From: Planctomycetota bacterium | GTDB lineage: Bacteria; Planctomycetota; Planctomycetia; Pirellulales; JADFKK01 | Direction of reading: 5' to 3' | DNA: 64,000 bases | NCBI GenBank assembly: GCA_022564995.1 | Contig: JADFKK010000001.1 | Span: 30,786-94,785 of the forward strand | In this document: positions 35,220 to 45,900 of the stretch, piece by piece | Numbering within the stretch: the first letter of the stretch is position 1 | Layout of the letters: every line of letters starts with the position of its first letter | Notes under the pieces: model-generated | Seen by the model: the letters and a program-made list of their open reading frames with translations, nothing else | What the model was told of the DNA's origin: nothing | The model's database searches: none | Translations under genes and position numbers: made by a program

Positions 35220-38200
35220 AAATCAGCAACGCAGCGATCGATCGACCTCGGGTGGTGCTGGTGATCACGGCGATGGTAATTTTCGCGGCGATCTTTGCCG
35301 TCATGAACATCGCCGTGCAGCGCACGCCCGGCATCACCAAGGCGGTAGTGATCGTGGCGGTTCCCTACCCCGGCGCGAATCCCACCGAAGTCGAGGAGCA
35401 GATCGTTCGCAAGATCGAGGAGGCGTTGCAAACGCTCGACAAAGTCGACTTTATCGCCTCGACAAGCATGCGCGGATCCGGGGTCATTCAGGTGATCTTC
35501 CTCGACGGCGTCGACCCGACGCAGGCTCGCGACGATGTCAAGCATAAGGTCGATCAGATCACCAGCCAGTTGCCCCGCGTGCGCGAGGTGCAGCCGGTGA
35601 TCACGCGGATCGATTTCGAAAACGCGCCGATCATGCTGGTCAACATCACGGCGCCCGAGGGCTTCGACGAGGGTGCGCTCAAGCAGATTGCCGAAGACGC
35701 CAAGGAAGAAATCGACAGGGTCGCCGGCGTGGCTAACACACAACTGTTCGGCGGCCGAGAGCGGGAGATTCACGTCGACATCAACCCGTATTTAACGGCG
35801 GAGTATGGGCTGACGCTGGGTGACGTGCGCCGGGCGATCACGCAATCGCACGCCGAGACGCCCGGCGGGTCGCAGAACACAGGCAAGTTCGACGCCCAGG
35901 TTGTCAGCGCGACCAAGTTCCGCGATCTGGCCGACATCCGCGAGGTGGTCGTCAGCCGGGGCGGCGGCCGGCGGTTGCAACTGCAGGACATCGCCCGCAT
36001 CAGCGACACGTATCGACGGCGCAAGAGCCTGGCCCAACTCGACGGCCGCTCCAGCGCCACAATCATCGTCAATAAAGACCCCAACATCAACACGCTGGGC
36101 GCGGCCAAGGCGGTCAAAGCGCAAGTCGCCAAATTGCAGCAGCAGTTTCCGCACGTGAGGTTTTCGACGACGCGCGACACGACTGAGGAAATCTCGGTGA
36201 TGTTCCGCGTGCTCGGCTCCAGCGCCCTGTTCGGCGCGATGTTGGTGCTGATTATCCTCGTCTGGTCGATGGGCTTTCGCGTGTCGATTATGGTGCTGAT
36301 GGCGATTCCCTTTTCGACCGCCGTGGCGCTGGTGTTCTTGTTCGCCGCCGGCATTCCGATCTCGAACATGGTCATCTTCAGCTTCATCTTGGTGCTGGGA
36401 ATGGTCGTCGACGGGGCGATCATCGTCGCCGAAAACATTCACCGGCACATCGAGCGTGGCGAAGACCCGGTGACCGCCGCCAAGACCGGCATCGAAGAGG
36501 TGGGCCGGCCGGTGATCGCCGCCGACTTGACCACCGTGGCCGCCTTCGTGCCGATGTTGCTGATGCCGGGCATCATGGGCGATTTTATGGGCGTGATGCC
36601 CAAGGTGGTCAGCGTGGCGTTGTTGGGCTCGGTGCTGGTCGATCACTTTTTGATTCCCGTCGTGGCCAGCTTGTGGTATCGCAAGCGGCAGCTGAACACG
36701 TCCGCCAGCGCGCAGGATGCGGCCCAGACGTCCGGTGAAAAACAGGGCGATGAAGCGCCGCCGCTTAGCAAGACGCGGCCCAACCTGGGCATCTTTACCC
36801 GCAGTTATCTGGCCGTGCTGCGCTATTCGCTCGATCATCGTTGGGTGGTGGTCAGTTGCTGCGCGCTGGCGATTGTTTGGGCTTTCTTGATTTATGGCAA
36901 GGTCGATCACACGTTCTTTCCGCCCAGCGACCGTGGGCAGTTCGAGGTGAAGTTTGAACTACCGCTCGGATACAGCATCGAAGAGACAATCGCCGCGGCT
37001 CGATCGATTACCGATCCGCTCGAGGAAATGAAGCAGGAATACGGTGAAATCGTCCATTTCGTCAGCGCTATCGGCTCTTCCGGCGGGCTGTCGAGCCGGT
37101 TGGAGAACGACCCGGCCACCGGCCCGGAATTCGGCACGGTCATGGTGCAGCTTTATTCGCCGCTCGATCGTCCGATCCACAAGCGACTCGGTGTGGTGCG
37201 ACACGAGGATGAGATCATCAAGGAGCTGCGCGGCCGCATCAAAGCGATCCCCGGCGTGAAGATCACCTTTGAGCGGGTCCAAGAAGGGCCGCCCGGCGGA
37301 TCGAAGGTCGCCGTGCGGCTGACCGGCAAGGAACTGGAGCGGCTGGGCGATCTCTCCCAGCGAATCACCGAGCGGTTGAAGAGCGTCAAAGGAACCATCG
37401 ACGTAGTCTCCGATTACCGGCCGCATAGCCCCGAAATCCGCATCAACCCGCGGGCCGACGTCGTCGGGCATTACGACATGACCGAGGCCCAGGTTGCCAC
37501 CGCGATTCAAACGGCCGTGCTGGGCGATTCGACGATCGAGCTGAGTCTCGAAGAAGAAGACGTCACGCTGCGGATTCAGGTCGATCCGGACATGATGCAG
37601 AACATCGACGACATCGGGCGACTGATGCTCACCAGCCCCAACGGACGCCGGGCGACGATCGGCCAATTGGCCGAGCTACAACACAGCGTCGGGCTCTACG
37701 GCGTAAACCACTACGATCGCCGGCGGGCGGTGATGGCTCGCTGTGATCTAATCGGCAAGACGACGCCCGACGCGGTGTTCGCCGTTTTGCGAGCCGACAT
37801 TTTGCCCGAATTGGGATTCCAGCCGATGGATCCGCCCGAGGGTTCGAGCATCGTCAATTGGTTCAAAACGCGGGTTATGAAACTGATCGGTCGCGAGCCC
37901 TCGAAGGCCGACGCGGTTACGTTTCTTGGCAAGCCTAACACGCCGGCCGAAGGCGTGCGGGCCACGTTCACCGGCGAGAACGAAGAGCGCGACAAAAACT
38001 TCGGTTACCTGCTCAACTGCATGATCATCGCCGTGTTGGGCATTTTCGCCATCCTGGTAATGCAGTTCAACAGCTTCCGCCAGACGATGGTCGTGCTCGT
38101 GACCGTACCGCTGAGCTTCATCGGCGTCATGGCGGGCATGTGGATGTGCGGGTTCCCCTTCAGCCTGGCCACATATATCGGGTTGGTCAGCTTGACCGGC

Positions 38201-38509
38201 ATCGTGGTCAACGACGCCATTGTGCTGGTCGACTTCACCAATCGGGCTCGCCGCCGCGGCATGAACATTCGCGACGCGCTGTTGGAATCCGGCGCCAATC
38301 GTCTGCGGCCGGTGATCTTGACCACGGTGACCACCATCGGCGGTCTGCTGCCGCTGCTCTTGAATCTCTCCGGCGGCGCCGAATTCTGGCAACCGCTCAC
38401 CGGCGCCGTCGTCTTCGGATTAGCCTGCGCCACCGTGCTGACGCTGGTCGTGATCCCGGTCGCGTATAGCGTTGCCTACAACCGGACGTTTCTCGCGGCT
38501 GGTGAATGA
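35216..38509 (+). CDS. RND efflux transporter (AcrB/CzcA family)
   Basis: 1097 aa with the typical 12-TM / two large periplasmic loop layout. 'VIFLDG' and 'GLVSLTGIVVNDAIVLVDF' motifs. Confidence 0.9.
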   Translation: MKISNAAIDRPRVVLVITAMVIFAAIFAVMNIAVQRTPGITKAVVIVAVPYPGANPTEVEEQIVRKIEEALQTLDKVDFIASTSMRGSGVIQVIFLDGVDPTQARDDVKHKVDQITSQLPRVREVQPVITRIDFENAPIMLVNITAPEGFDEGALKQIAEDAKEEIDRVAGVANTQLFGGREREIHVDINPYLTAEYGLTLGDVRRAITQSHAETPGGSQNTGKFDAQVVSATKFRDLADIREVVVSRGGGRRLQLQDIARISDTYRRRKSLAQLDGRSSATIIVNKDPNINTLGAAKAVKAQVAKLQQQFPHVRFSTTRDTTEEISVMFRVLGSSALFGAMLVLIILVWSMGFRVSIMVLMAIPFSTAVALVFLFAAGIPISNMVIFSFILVLGMVVDGAIIVAENIHRHIERGEDPVTAAKTGIEEVGRPVIAADLTTVAAFVPMLLMPGIMGDFMGVMPKVVSVALLGSVLVDHFLIPVVASLWYRKRQLNTSASAQDAAQTSGEKQGDEAPPLSKTRPNLGIFTRSYLAVLRYSLDHRWVVVSCCALAIVWAFLIYGKVDHTFFPPSDRGQFEVKFELPLGYSIEETIAAARSITDPLEEMKQEYGEIVHFVSAIGSSGGLSSRLENDPATGPEFGTVMVQLYSPLDRPIHKRLGVVRHEDEIIKELRGRIKAIPGVKITFERVQEGPPGGSKVAVRLTGKELERLGDLSQRITERLKSVKGTIDVVSDYRPHSPEIRINPRADVVGHYDMTEAQVATAIQTAVLGDSTIELSLEEEDVTLRIQVDPDMMQNIDDIGRLMLTSPNGRRATIGQLAELQHSVGLYGVNHYDRRRAVMARCDLIGKTTPDAVFAVLRADILPELGFQPMDPPEGSSIVNWFKTRVMKLIGREPSKADAVTFLGKPNTPAEGVRATFTGENEERDKNFGYLLNCMIIAVLGIFAILVMQFNSFRQTMVVLVTVPLSFIGVMAGMWMCGFPFSLATYIGLVSLTGIVVNDAIVLVDFTNRARRRGMNIRDALLESGANRLRPVILTTVTTIGGLLPLLLNLSGGAEFWQPLTGAVVFGLACATVLTLVVIPVAYSVAYNRTFLAAGE

Positions 38510-38515
38510 TCTGGG

Positions 38516-38866
38516 CTATTCGCCGCCCGGTGCTTTCGCCCTGCCGCAGGCGCCGATCAACCGCAAGACGCTGCGTTTGATTTCCAGGACGTTGGCTTCC
38601 GCATCGCCGGGCTTGTCCATCTCGTCGCAGACCCGGCGGGCACGCTCGCCGATGGCCTCGTAGCCATAGTTGTTGCTGTTGCGGGCAAGGTGATCGCTCA
38701 GACGGCGCACCTCCTGCCAGTCTTCAGCCATGGTCGCATCGACCAGCCGGTCGACGCGCGTCGAGAGCGTCTCGACGTACTGAGAAACGCGGGCCGTGTT
38801 GGCCGCTAATTGCGAATTCAGCCCAGCCAGATCGGGCGTCGAGGCCTGTTGAGTTTGGTTCTGCAT
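38516..38866 (-). CDS. Hpt-like (histidine phosphotransfer) domain protein
   Basis: Start chosen at 'MQNQTQQ'. 'RRLSDHLARNSNNYGYEAIGERA' resembles the H-x-x-K/R-G-S motif helix of Hpt domains. Confidence 0.5.
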   Translation of the reverse strand: MQNQTQQASTPDLAGLNSQLAANTARVSQYVETLSTRVDRLVDATMAEDWQEVRRLSDHLARNSNNYGYEAIGERARRVCDEMDKPGDAEANVLEIKRSVLRLIGACGRAKAPGGE

Positions 38867-38995
38867 GGAAACACCCTTTGACGGTGAGCGTGAGCGCGGG
38901 AGAGAACTTACGACGGGTCGTGTCGTGAAAGGATAGGCCACGGCAATACGGCAGGCCGGCGACATTCTCCCGCAAGATCGCTGCCAGCCGGATAA

Positions 38996-39331
38996 TTAGG
39001 CCGCCTTGCGCACGGAACCTCCGCGGCGACGGCCGTTGAGCATCTCGCGAATCACCTGCGATACGACCACTTCGCCAGCCAGCCGCTGAAGCGTCTCGGC
39101 GTCGTGGCGAGACAAGCAAGCGTCGGCCGCGGTGGCCCGATCGACTTCGAGGACGATCACCGCCGCGGATCGTGCCCGAATGTAACCGCGGGCCTCGGCC
39201 AGCCCCATCGATCCGGCCCGGTGGGCGACCCGCTGCCAGACGCCCTCATGGCTGGCGGCGGCAATTCGGGCGGCGGCGGCGGGCAAGTCCTTGTGGGGAC
39301 GACGTAGCGGCAAAAGCTGGTTCAGTTGCAT
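38996..39331 (-). CDS. hypothetical protein
   Basis: 111-aa ORF just upstream of, and co-oriented with, the Hpt-like gene. No recognisable domain. Confidence 0.4.
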   Translation of the reverse strand: MQLNQLLPLRRPHKDLPAAAARIAAASHEGVWQRVAHRAGSMGLAEARGYIRARSAAVIVLEVDRATAADACLSRHDAETLQRLAGEVVVSQVIREMLNGRRRGGSVRKAA

Positions 39332-39826
39332 GGAGGTGTTCCTATTTTATTCTTCGGTTTATCTTCTTCGGTGAATTCGTCGGGGCAAAGATAACAATCG
39401 AACAGCCGCGCGGCCAATCTTCAAACGATTCGCCATCACCCGTCCGCCTCGCCAAGACAGGGCGGTCTGTAACGTCTGCGGTTACTCTGCGGCCTAACTC
39501 AAGAGGCGTCGGCCTCATTTCCGTGACGAAGATCCTCCAACCGCGATCTTTGCGGGCAGCGGCCAGCGCGGCGGCACTTCTTGACCAATCCGCACTGTTT
39601 TCCCAGGTTCCGCTCGTGTGAGAGCCTTCGCGTTAGAGTCAAATTCGAATCAATAATGCAATTCCTCGTGGCGTGGTAGCTACGCTCGCCAGAGCGTGGA
39701 GGTTTGCCGTCTGGCGACGGCAGCTACAACGAAGGTGAACACTTATTTCACGAACGATGCTTAGATGGGCATCGAGGGTAAATGGCGAGTGGTGGTTGCC
39801 AGCCTTGTAAACGCGACGGCCGGGCA

Positions 39827-39835
39827 TGGTATAAT
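39827..39835 (+). promoter_or_regulatory. extended -10 promoter element (TGGTATAAT) for the giant repeat gene
   Basis: TGnTATAAT consensus about 80 nt upstream of the ATG at 39914, in a locally AT-rich leader. Confidence 0.45.
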
Positions 39836-39913
39836 GATTACTTGCCACAAGAAACCACCAACGAAGCGGATATCCTCTCCGCGTCGATGCGATAATGTTG
39901 GATCAACAATCCC

Positions 39914-42900
39914 ATGGCAAAGAAAAAGGAAACGACCGGTAAACTCAGTCGAAGGTTCCGCCCGTTCAAGAAGGCCCGAGACTTTGTCCGCGGTCTTGAT
40001 TTGAAGAATGGCACTGAATGGACGCTGTACTGCAAGGGGGATCTGCCCGGCAAACCGTCGAAACCGGACGACATTCCGGCGTGTCCGCTCGGAATCTATA
40101 AGGACCACGGCTGGAAGGGAATGGGCGACTGGTTGGGGACCGGGACGATTGCGTACCACGTCCGTACCTACCGCCCGTTCAGAAAAGCCCGCAGCTTTGT
40201 CCACCGACTTGAGTTGAAGAGTGGCGCTGAGTGGAGGCGGTACTGCAAGGGGGAGCTGCCCAAGAAACCGCCGAAACCGGACGACGTTCCGGCGAGCCCG
40301 CAAGGAACCTATCAGGACCAAGGCTGGCAGGGATATGGCGACTGGCTGGGGACCGGGACGATTGCCCCCTTTCTCCGAAAGTTCCGCCCGTACAATAAAG
40401 CCCGTGAGTTTGCCCACGCACTCGAGTTGAAGAACAAAAGGGAGTGGCTACAGTACTGCAGAGGAGAGCTGCCCGACAAGCCGCCCAGACCGGACGATAT
40501 TCCGGCGGCCCCGAATGAAGCCTACGAAGACCGGGGCTGGAAGGGATATGGCGACTGGCTGGGGACCGGGAGGATTTCCGCCCATTTCCGTAAGTTCCGC
40601 CCGTTCAAGAAAGCCCGCGACTTTGCCCGCGCGCTTGATTTGAAGGATTACGTGGAGTGGAGGCAGTACTGCAAAGAAGGGCTGCTGGGCAAGCCGCCCA
40701 AACCGTTCGATATTCCCAGCACTCCGCACGAAATTTACAAACAGCAAGGCTGGTGCGGACTGGTCGACTGGCTGGGAACCCGAACAGAAGACGGATTTCT
40801 TCGTAAATACCGGCGGTTCAAGCAGGCCCGAGAGTTTGTCCAGGCGCTTGAGTTGAAGGATCGAGACGAGTGGCTCCAGTATTGCGGAGGAGAGTTGCCC
40901 GGCCAACTTCCGAAACCGGACGACATTCCGACGAAGCCAAGCCATGCTTACAAAGATGAAGGTTGGAAGAGCTTGGGCGATTGGCTGGGGACCGGCAGGT
41001 TCCACCAGATAAATCTACGCCCGTTCAGGAAAGCCCGCGCCTTCGTCCGGTCGCTTAAGTTGCAGAGCGTCGCTGAGTGGAAGCGTTACTGCAAGGGCGA
41101 GATGCCCGACAAACGGCCCAAACCGGTCGATATTCCGGCCTCCCCACAACCGGTTTACCAACATCAAGGCTGGGCGGGAATGGGCGACTGGCTGGGGACC
41201 GGAACCATCGCGCCGCAACTCCGCACCTACCGCCCGTTCAAGGAAGCCCGAGATTCTGTCCACACGCTTAAGCTGAAGACTCTAGCCGAGTGGAAGCAGT
41301 ACTGCAAAGGAGAGCTAACGGACAAGCCGCGCAAAACGGACGATATTCCGAGTCGCCCGCAGCGAGTTTACCAAGACAAGGGCTGGAAGGGAATTCGCGA
41401 CTGGCTGGGGACCGGGTCGATCGCGCACCGCCGCGCGTTCCAGAAGGCCCGCGTCTTTGTCCACGCTCTTGAGTTGAAGAGTCTCGGCGAGTGGATGCAG
41501 TACTGCCAAGGAACGCTGCCCGGCCAACGGCCCAAACCGGACGATATTCCGGCGTTCCCGATGAAAATCTACAAAGACAAAGGCTGGAAGGGATACGTCG
41601 ATTGGCTGGGAATCGACAAGAAACGCCGGACGAAGGCCCGTCCGTTCAAGGAGGCCCGTCACTTTGCACTCGCCCTTGGGTTGAAGAATAGCACTGAGTG
41701 GAAGCGATACTGCAAAGGAGAGCTGCCCGGCCAACAGCCCAAACCGGACGATATTCCAAACGACCCGCGACAAGCTTACCAAGCCAAAGGCTGGCAGGGA
41801 TATGGCGATTGGCTGGGAACCGGGGCGACGGCTACCTTTCTCCGCAAATACCGTTCGTACAAGAAAGCCCGCGCCTTCGTCCGGACACTTGAGTTGAAGA
41901 ATCTCGCCGAGTGGGCGCAATACTGCAAAGGAGAGCTGCCCGACCAACAGCCCAAACCGGACAATATTCCGGCCACGCCGCAGATGGTCTACAAAGACAC
42001 CGGCTGGACCGGAGTGGGTGACTGGCTGGGGACCGCCAGATGCAGCCGGACGAACTTACGCCCGTTCAAGAAAGCCCGCGCCTTTGTCCGCTCTCTAAAG
42101 TTGAAGAATCTCGCCGAGTGGACGCAGTATTGTCAAGGAAAGCTGCCCGACCAACGGCCCAAACCCAACGATATTCCGGCCACGCCGCAAAGTGTCTACA
42201 AAGACACCGGCTGGACCGGAGCGGGTGACTGGCTGGGGAATGGGACAATTCCCCCTTTTGCGGGTAAGCGCCGCCCGTTCAAGAAAGCCCGCGCCTTTGT
42301 CCGCTCTCTCAAGTTGAAGAATCTCGCCGAGTGGACGGAGTATTGTCAAGGAACGCTGCCCGGCCAACGGCCCAAACCGGACGATATTCCAGCGTGCCCG
42401 AGGATCATCTACAAAGACAGAGGCTGGAAGGGATCTGTCGACTGGCTGGGAACCGGCAAGTCCAGCCGGAAGAGACCACATCCGTTTGAGGAAGCCCGCA
42501 GATTTGCCCGCTCGCTTGAGTTGCAAAATGGCGCCGAGTGGAGGGAATACTGCAAAGGAAACTTACCCGAAAAGCCGCGCAAGCCGGACGGTGTTCCAAC
42601 ATACCCAGGCATCGCATATAAAGACCAAGGTTGGAAGGGACTGGGCGACTGGTTGGGGATCGACAAGATCGTCCGGAAGAGATTTCGTTCGTTCAAGGTA
42701 GCCCGCCGCTTCGTACACAGGCTCGGGTTGAAGGATGTCGCTGAGTGGGAGCGGTACTGCAATGGAAATCTTCCCGGCCGCCGGACGAAACCGGACAACA
42801 TACCGGCGTTCCCAAGGGGGATCTACCAAGACGACGGCTGGAAGGGAATGGACGACTGGCTGGGAACCGACGATGACAGCCGGAAGAATCTACGTCCGCT

Positions 42901-45900
42901 CAAGGAAGCCCGCCAGTCCGCACGAAGGCTTGGGTTGAAGAATCAAGCGCCCGTCAGACCGCCCAAATCGGTCGACATCGCGGCGAACTCGAGTCGAATC
43001 CAACCAGGCCAAGGCCGGAAGGGGCTGGGCATCTCGCCGGGAACCGGGTCGACCGCGAACCGCGTCCGTGCATACCGCCCGTTCAAGAAGGCCCGCGACT
43101 TTGTCCACGCTCTTGAGTTGAAGGGTCTCGGCGAGTGGACGGAGTATTGTCAAGGAACGCTGGCGGGCCAACGGCCCAGACCGGACGATATTCCGGCGTT
43201 CCCAAGGGGTATCTACAAAGACCAAGGCTGGACGGGATACGACGACTGGTTGGGGACCGCACGTCCGTTCGAGGAAGCCCGTGATTTTGTCCACGCACTT
43301 GAGTTGGAGACTCAAGCGGAGTGGACGCGGTACTGTAAAGGAGAGTTGCCCGACAAACGGCCGAAACCGTGCGATATACCCGTGCGCCCGAATCGAACCT
43401 ACCAAGGCAAAGGCTGGAAGGGGTGGCGTGACTGGCTGCGGACCGGGACGATTGCGTACCAACTCCGTAAATACGGCCCTGAAGACCGCCGTGAGCGCCG
43501 CCGTGCGCACCGCCCGTTCTGGGGAGCCCGCGCGTTTGTCCACACACTTGAGCTAAAGAGTGGAAGTGAGTGGAGGCGGTACTGCACAGGAGATCTGCCC
43601 GACCAGGAGCCCAAACCGGACGATATTCCGTCCGCCTCACACATGGTTTACAAAGGGAAGGGCTGGACGAGTTGGGGTGACTGGCTGGGGACGGGGACCA
43701 TTGCGAGTTCCCTCCGCAAGTACCGCCCGTTCAAGAAAGCCCGCGCCTTGGTCCACACGCTTGAGCTAAAGAATGAAGCGGAGTGGAGGCAGTACCGCAA
43801 AGGAGAGCTTCCCGACAAGCCGCCCAAACCGGACGATATTCCGGCGTGCCCAATTCGAGTCTACAAAAACAAAGGCTGGAAGGGAATTGGCGACTGGCTG
43901 GGGACCGGGAACATTGCGCCCCGTCTCCGTAAATTCCGCCCGCTTAAGAAAGCCCGCGGCTTTGTCCACGCGCTTAAGTTGAAGAATCAATTGGAGTGGC
44001 AGGCGTACTGCAGGGGAGAACTGCCCGACAAGCCGCCCAAACCGGACGATATTCCAAGCGTGCCGAACCAAGTTTACGAGGACAAAGGCTGGATGGGACT
44101 TAGCGACTGGCTGGGGACCGACAAGTTCAGCCGGTATAAGATACGTCCGTTCAAGAAAGCCCGCGACTTCGTCCGCGCACTTGAGCTGAAGAGTGGAGAT
44201 CAGTGGCGTCGGTACTACAAAGGAGAACTGCCCAACAAACCGCCCAAACCGGTGGATATTCCGGCGGCCGCAAGTCGCATCTACAAAAACCAAGGCTGGC
44301 AGGGAATGGGCGACTGGCTGGGGACCGGGACGATTGCCCCCCATCTCCGTAAGTACCGCTCGTTCAAGAAAGCCCGTGACTTTGTCCACGCGCTTGGGTT
44401 GAAGAATCAAGATGAGTGGAGGCAGTACTGTCAAGGAGAGCTGCCCGACAAACCGCCCAAACCGGACGATATCCCGACCTCCCCGGAGGCGGTTTACAAA
44501 CACAAAGGCTGGAAGCGGACGGGCGACTGGCTGGGGACCGGGATGATTGCCACCGGACGCCGTAAATACCGACCCATCAAGAAGGCCCGCGACTTCGTCC
44601 GCGCACTTGAATTGAAGAGCGACGCTGAATGGAAACGGTATTGCAAGGGAGAGTTGCCCGACAAACCGCCCAGACCGGACGATATTCCAGCCTGCCCGGA
44701 TCGAACCTACCGAGGCAAAGGCTGGCAGGGATTGGGCGACTGGCTGGGGACCGGGGCCATTGCGCACCGTCTCCGTAAATACCGCGCGTTTAAGAAAGCC
44801 CGTAACTTTGTCCGCGCGCTTGAGTTGAAGAATCACACGGAGTGGAAGCAGTACTGCAAAGGAGAGCTGCCCGACAAACCGCCCAAACCGGACGATGTTC
44901 CGACCGCCGCGGATCGAGTTTACAAGCACCGAGGCTGGCAGGGATGGGGTGACTGGCAGGGGACCGGGGCGATTGCCCCGTTTCTCGGTAAGTACCGCCC
45001 GTTCAAGAAAGCCCGCGCCTTTGTCCGCACGCTTAAGTTGAAGAATCAAGCGGAATGGAAGCAGTACTGCAAAGGAGAGCTGCCCGACAAACGTCCCAAA
45101 CCGGTCGATATTCCAAACAACCCGAACCGAACTTACCAAGACAAGGGCTGGAAGGGAGTTGGCGACTGGCTGGGGACCAGGGCGATTTCCTCCCGTCTTC
45201 GTAAGTACCTCCCGTTCAAGAAAGCCCGCAAATTTGTCCGCGCGCTGGAGTTGAAAAATGGCGCCGAGTGGAGGGAGTACTGCAAAGGAAATCTGCCCGA
45301 CAAGCCACCCAAACCGAACGATATTCCAAGGGAGCCGAACGAAATCTACAAGGACAAAGGCTGGAAGGGACTGGGCGACTGGATAGGGACCGCGACGGTC
45401 GCCACCTATCCCCGTGATTACCGGCGGTTTAGGAAAGCCCGCGACTTTGTCCACACGCTTGGGTTGAAGAGTCAGGCCGAGTGGACGCGGTACTGTAAAG
45501 GAGAGTTTCCCGACAAGCCGCCCAAACCGGACGATATCCCGGCCTCTCCGGAAACGGTTTACAAACACAAAGGCTGGAAGCGAGCGGGCGACTGGCTGGG
45601 GACCGGGACGATTGCCACGCAACAGCGCAGATACCTCACCTTCAAGAAAGCCCGCGCCTTGGTCCACACACTTGAGCTGAAGAATCGAGTTGAGTGGATG
45701 CAGTACAGCGAAGGAACGCTGCCCGGCAAACCGCCCAAACCGGACGACCTTCCGAAGGCCCCAGAGATGGTTTACAAGGACAAAGGCTGGAAAGGATGGG
45801 GCGATTGGCTGGGGACTGGGAGGACTGCTACCTTTCGCCGCAAATACCGCCCCTTCAAGAAAGCCCGCGAGTTTGTACACACACTTGCGTTGAAAAATAA

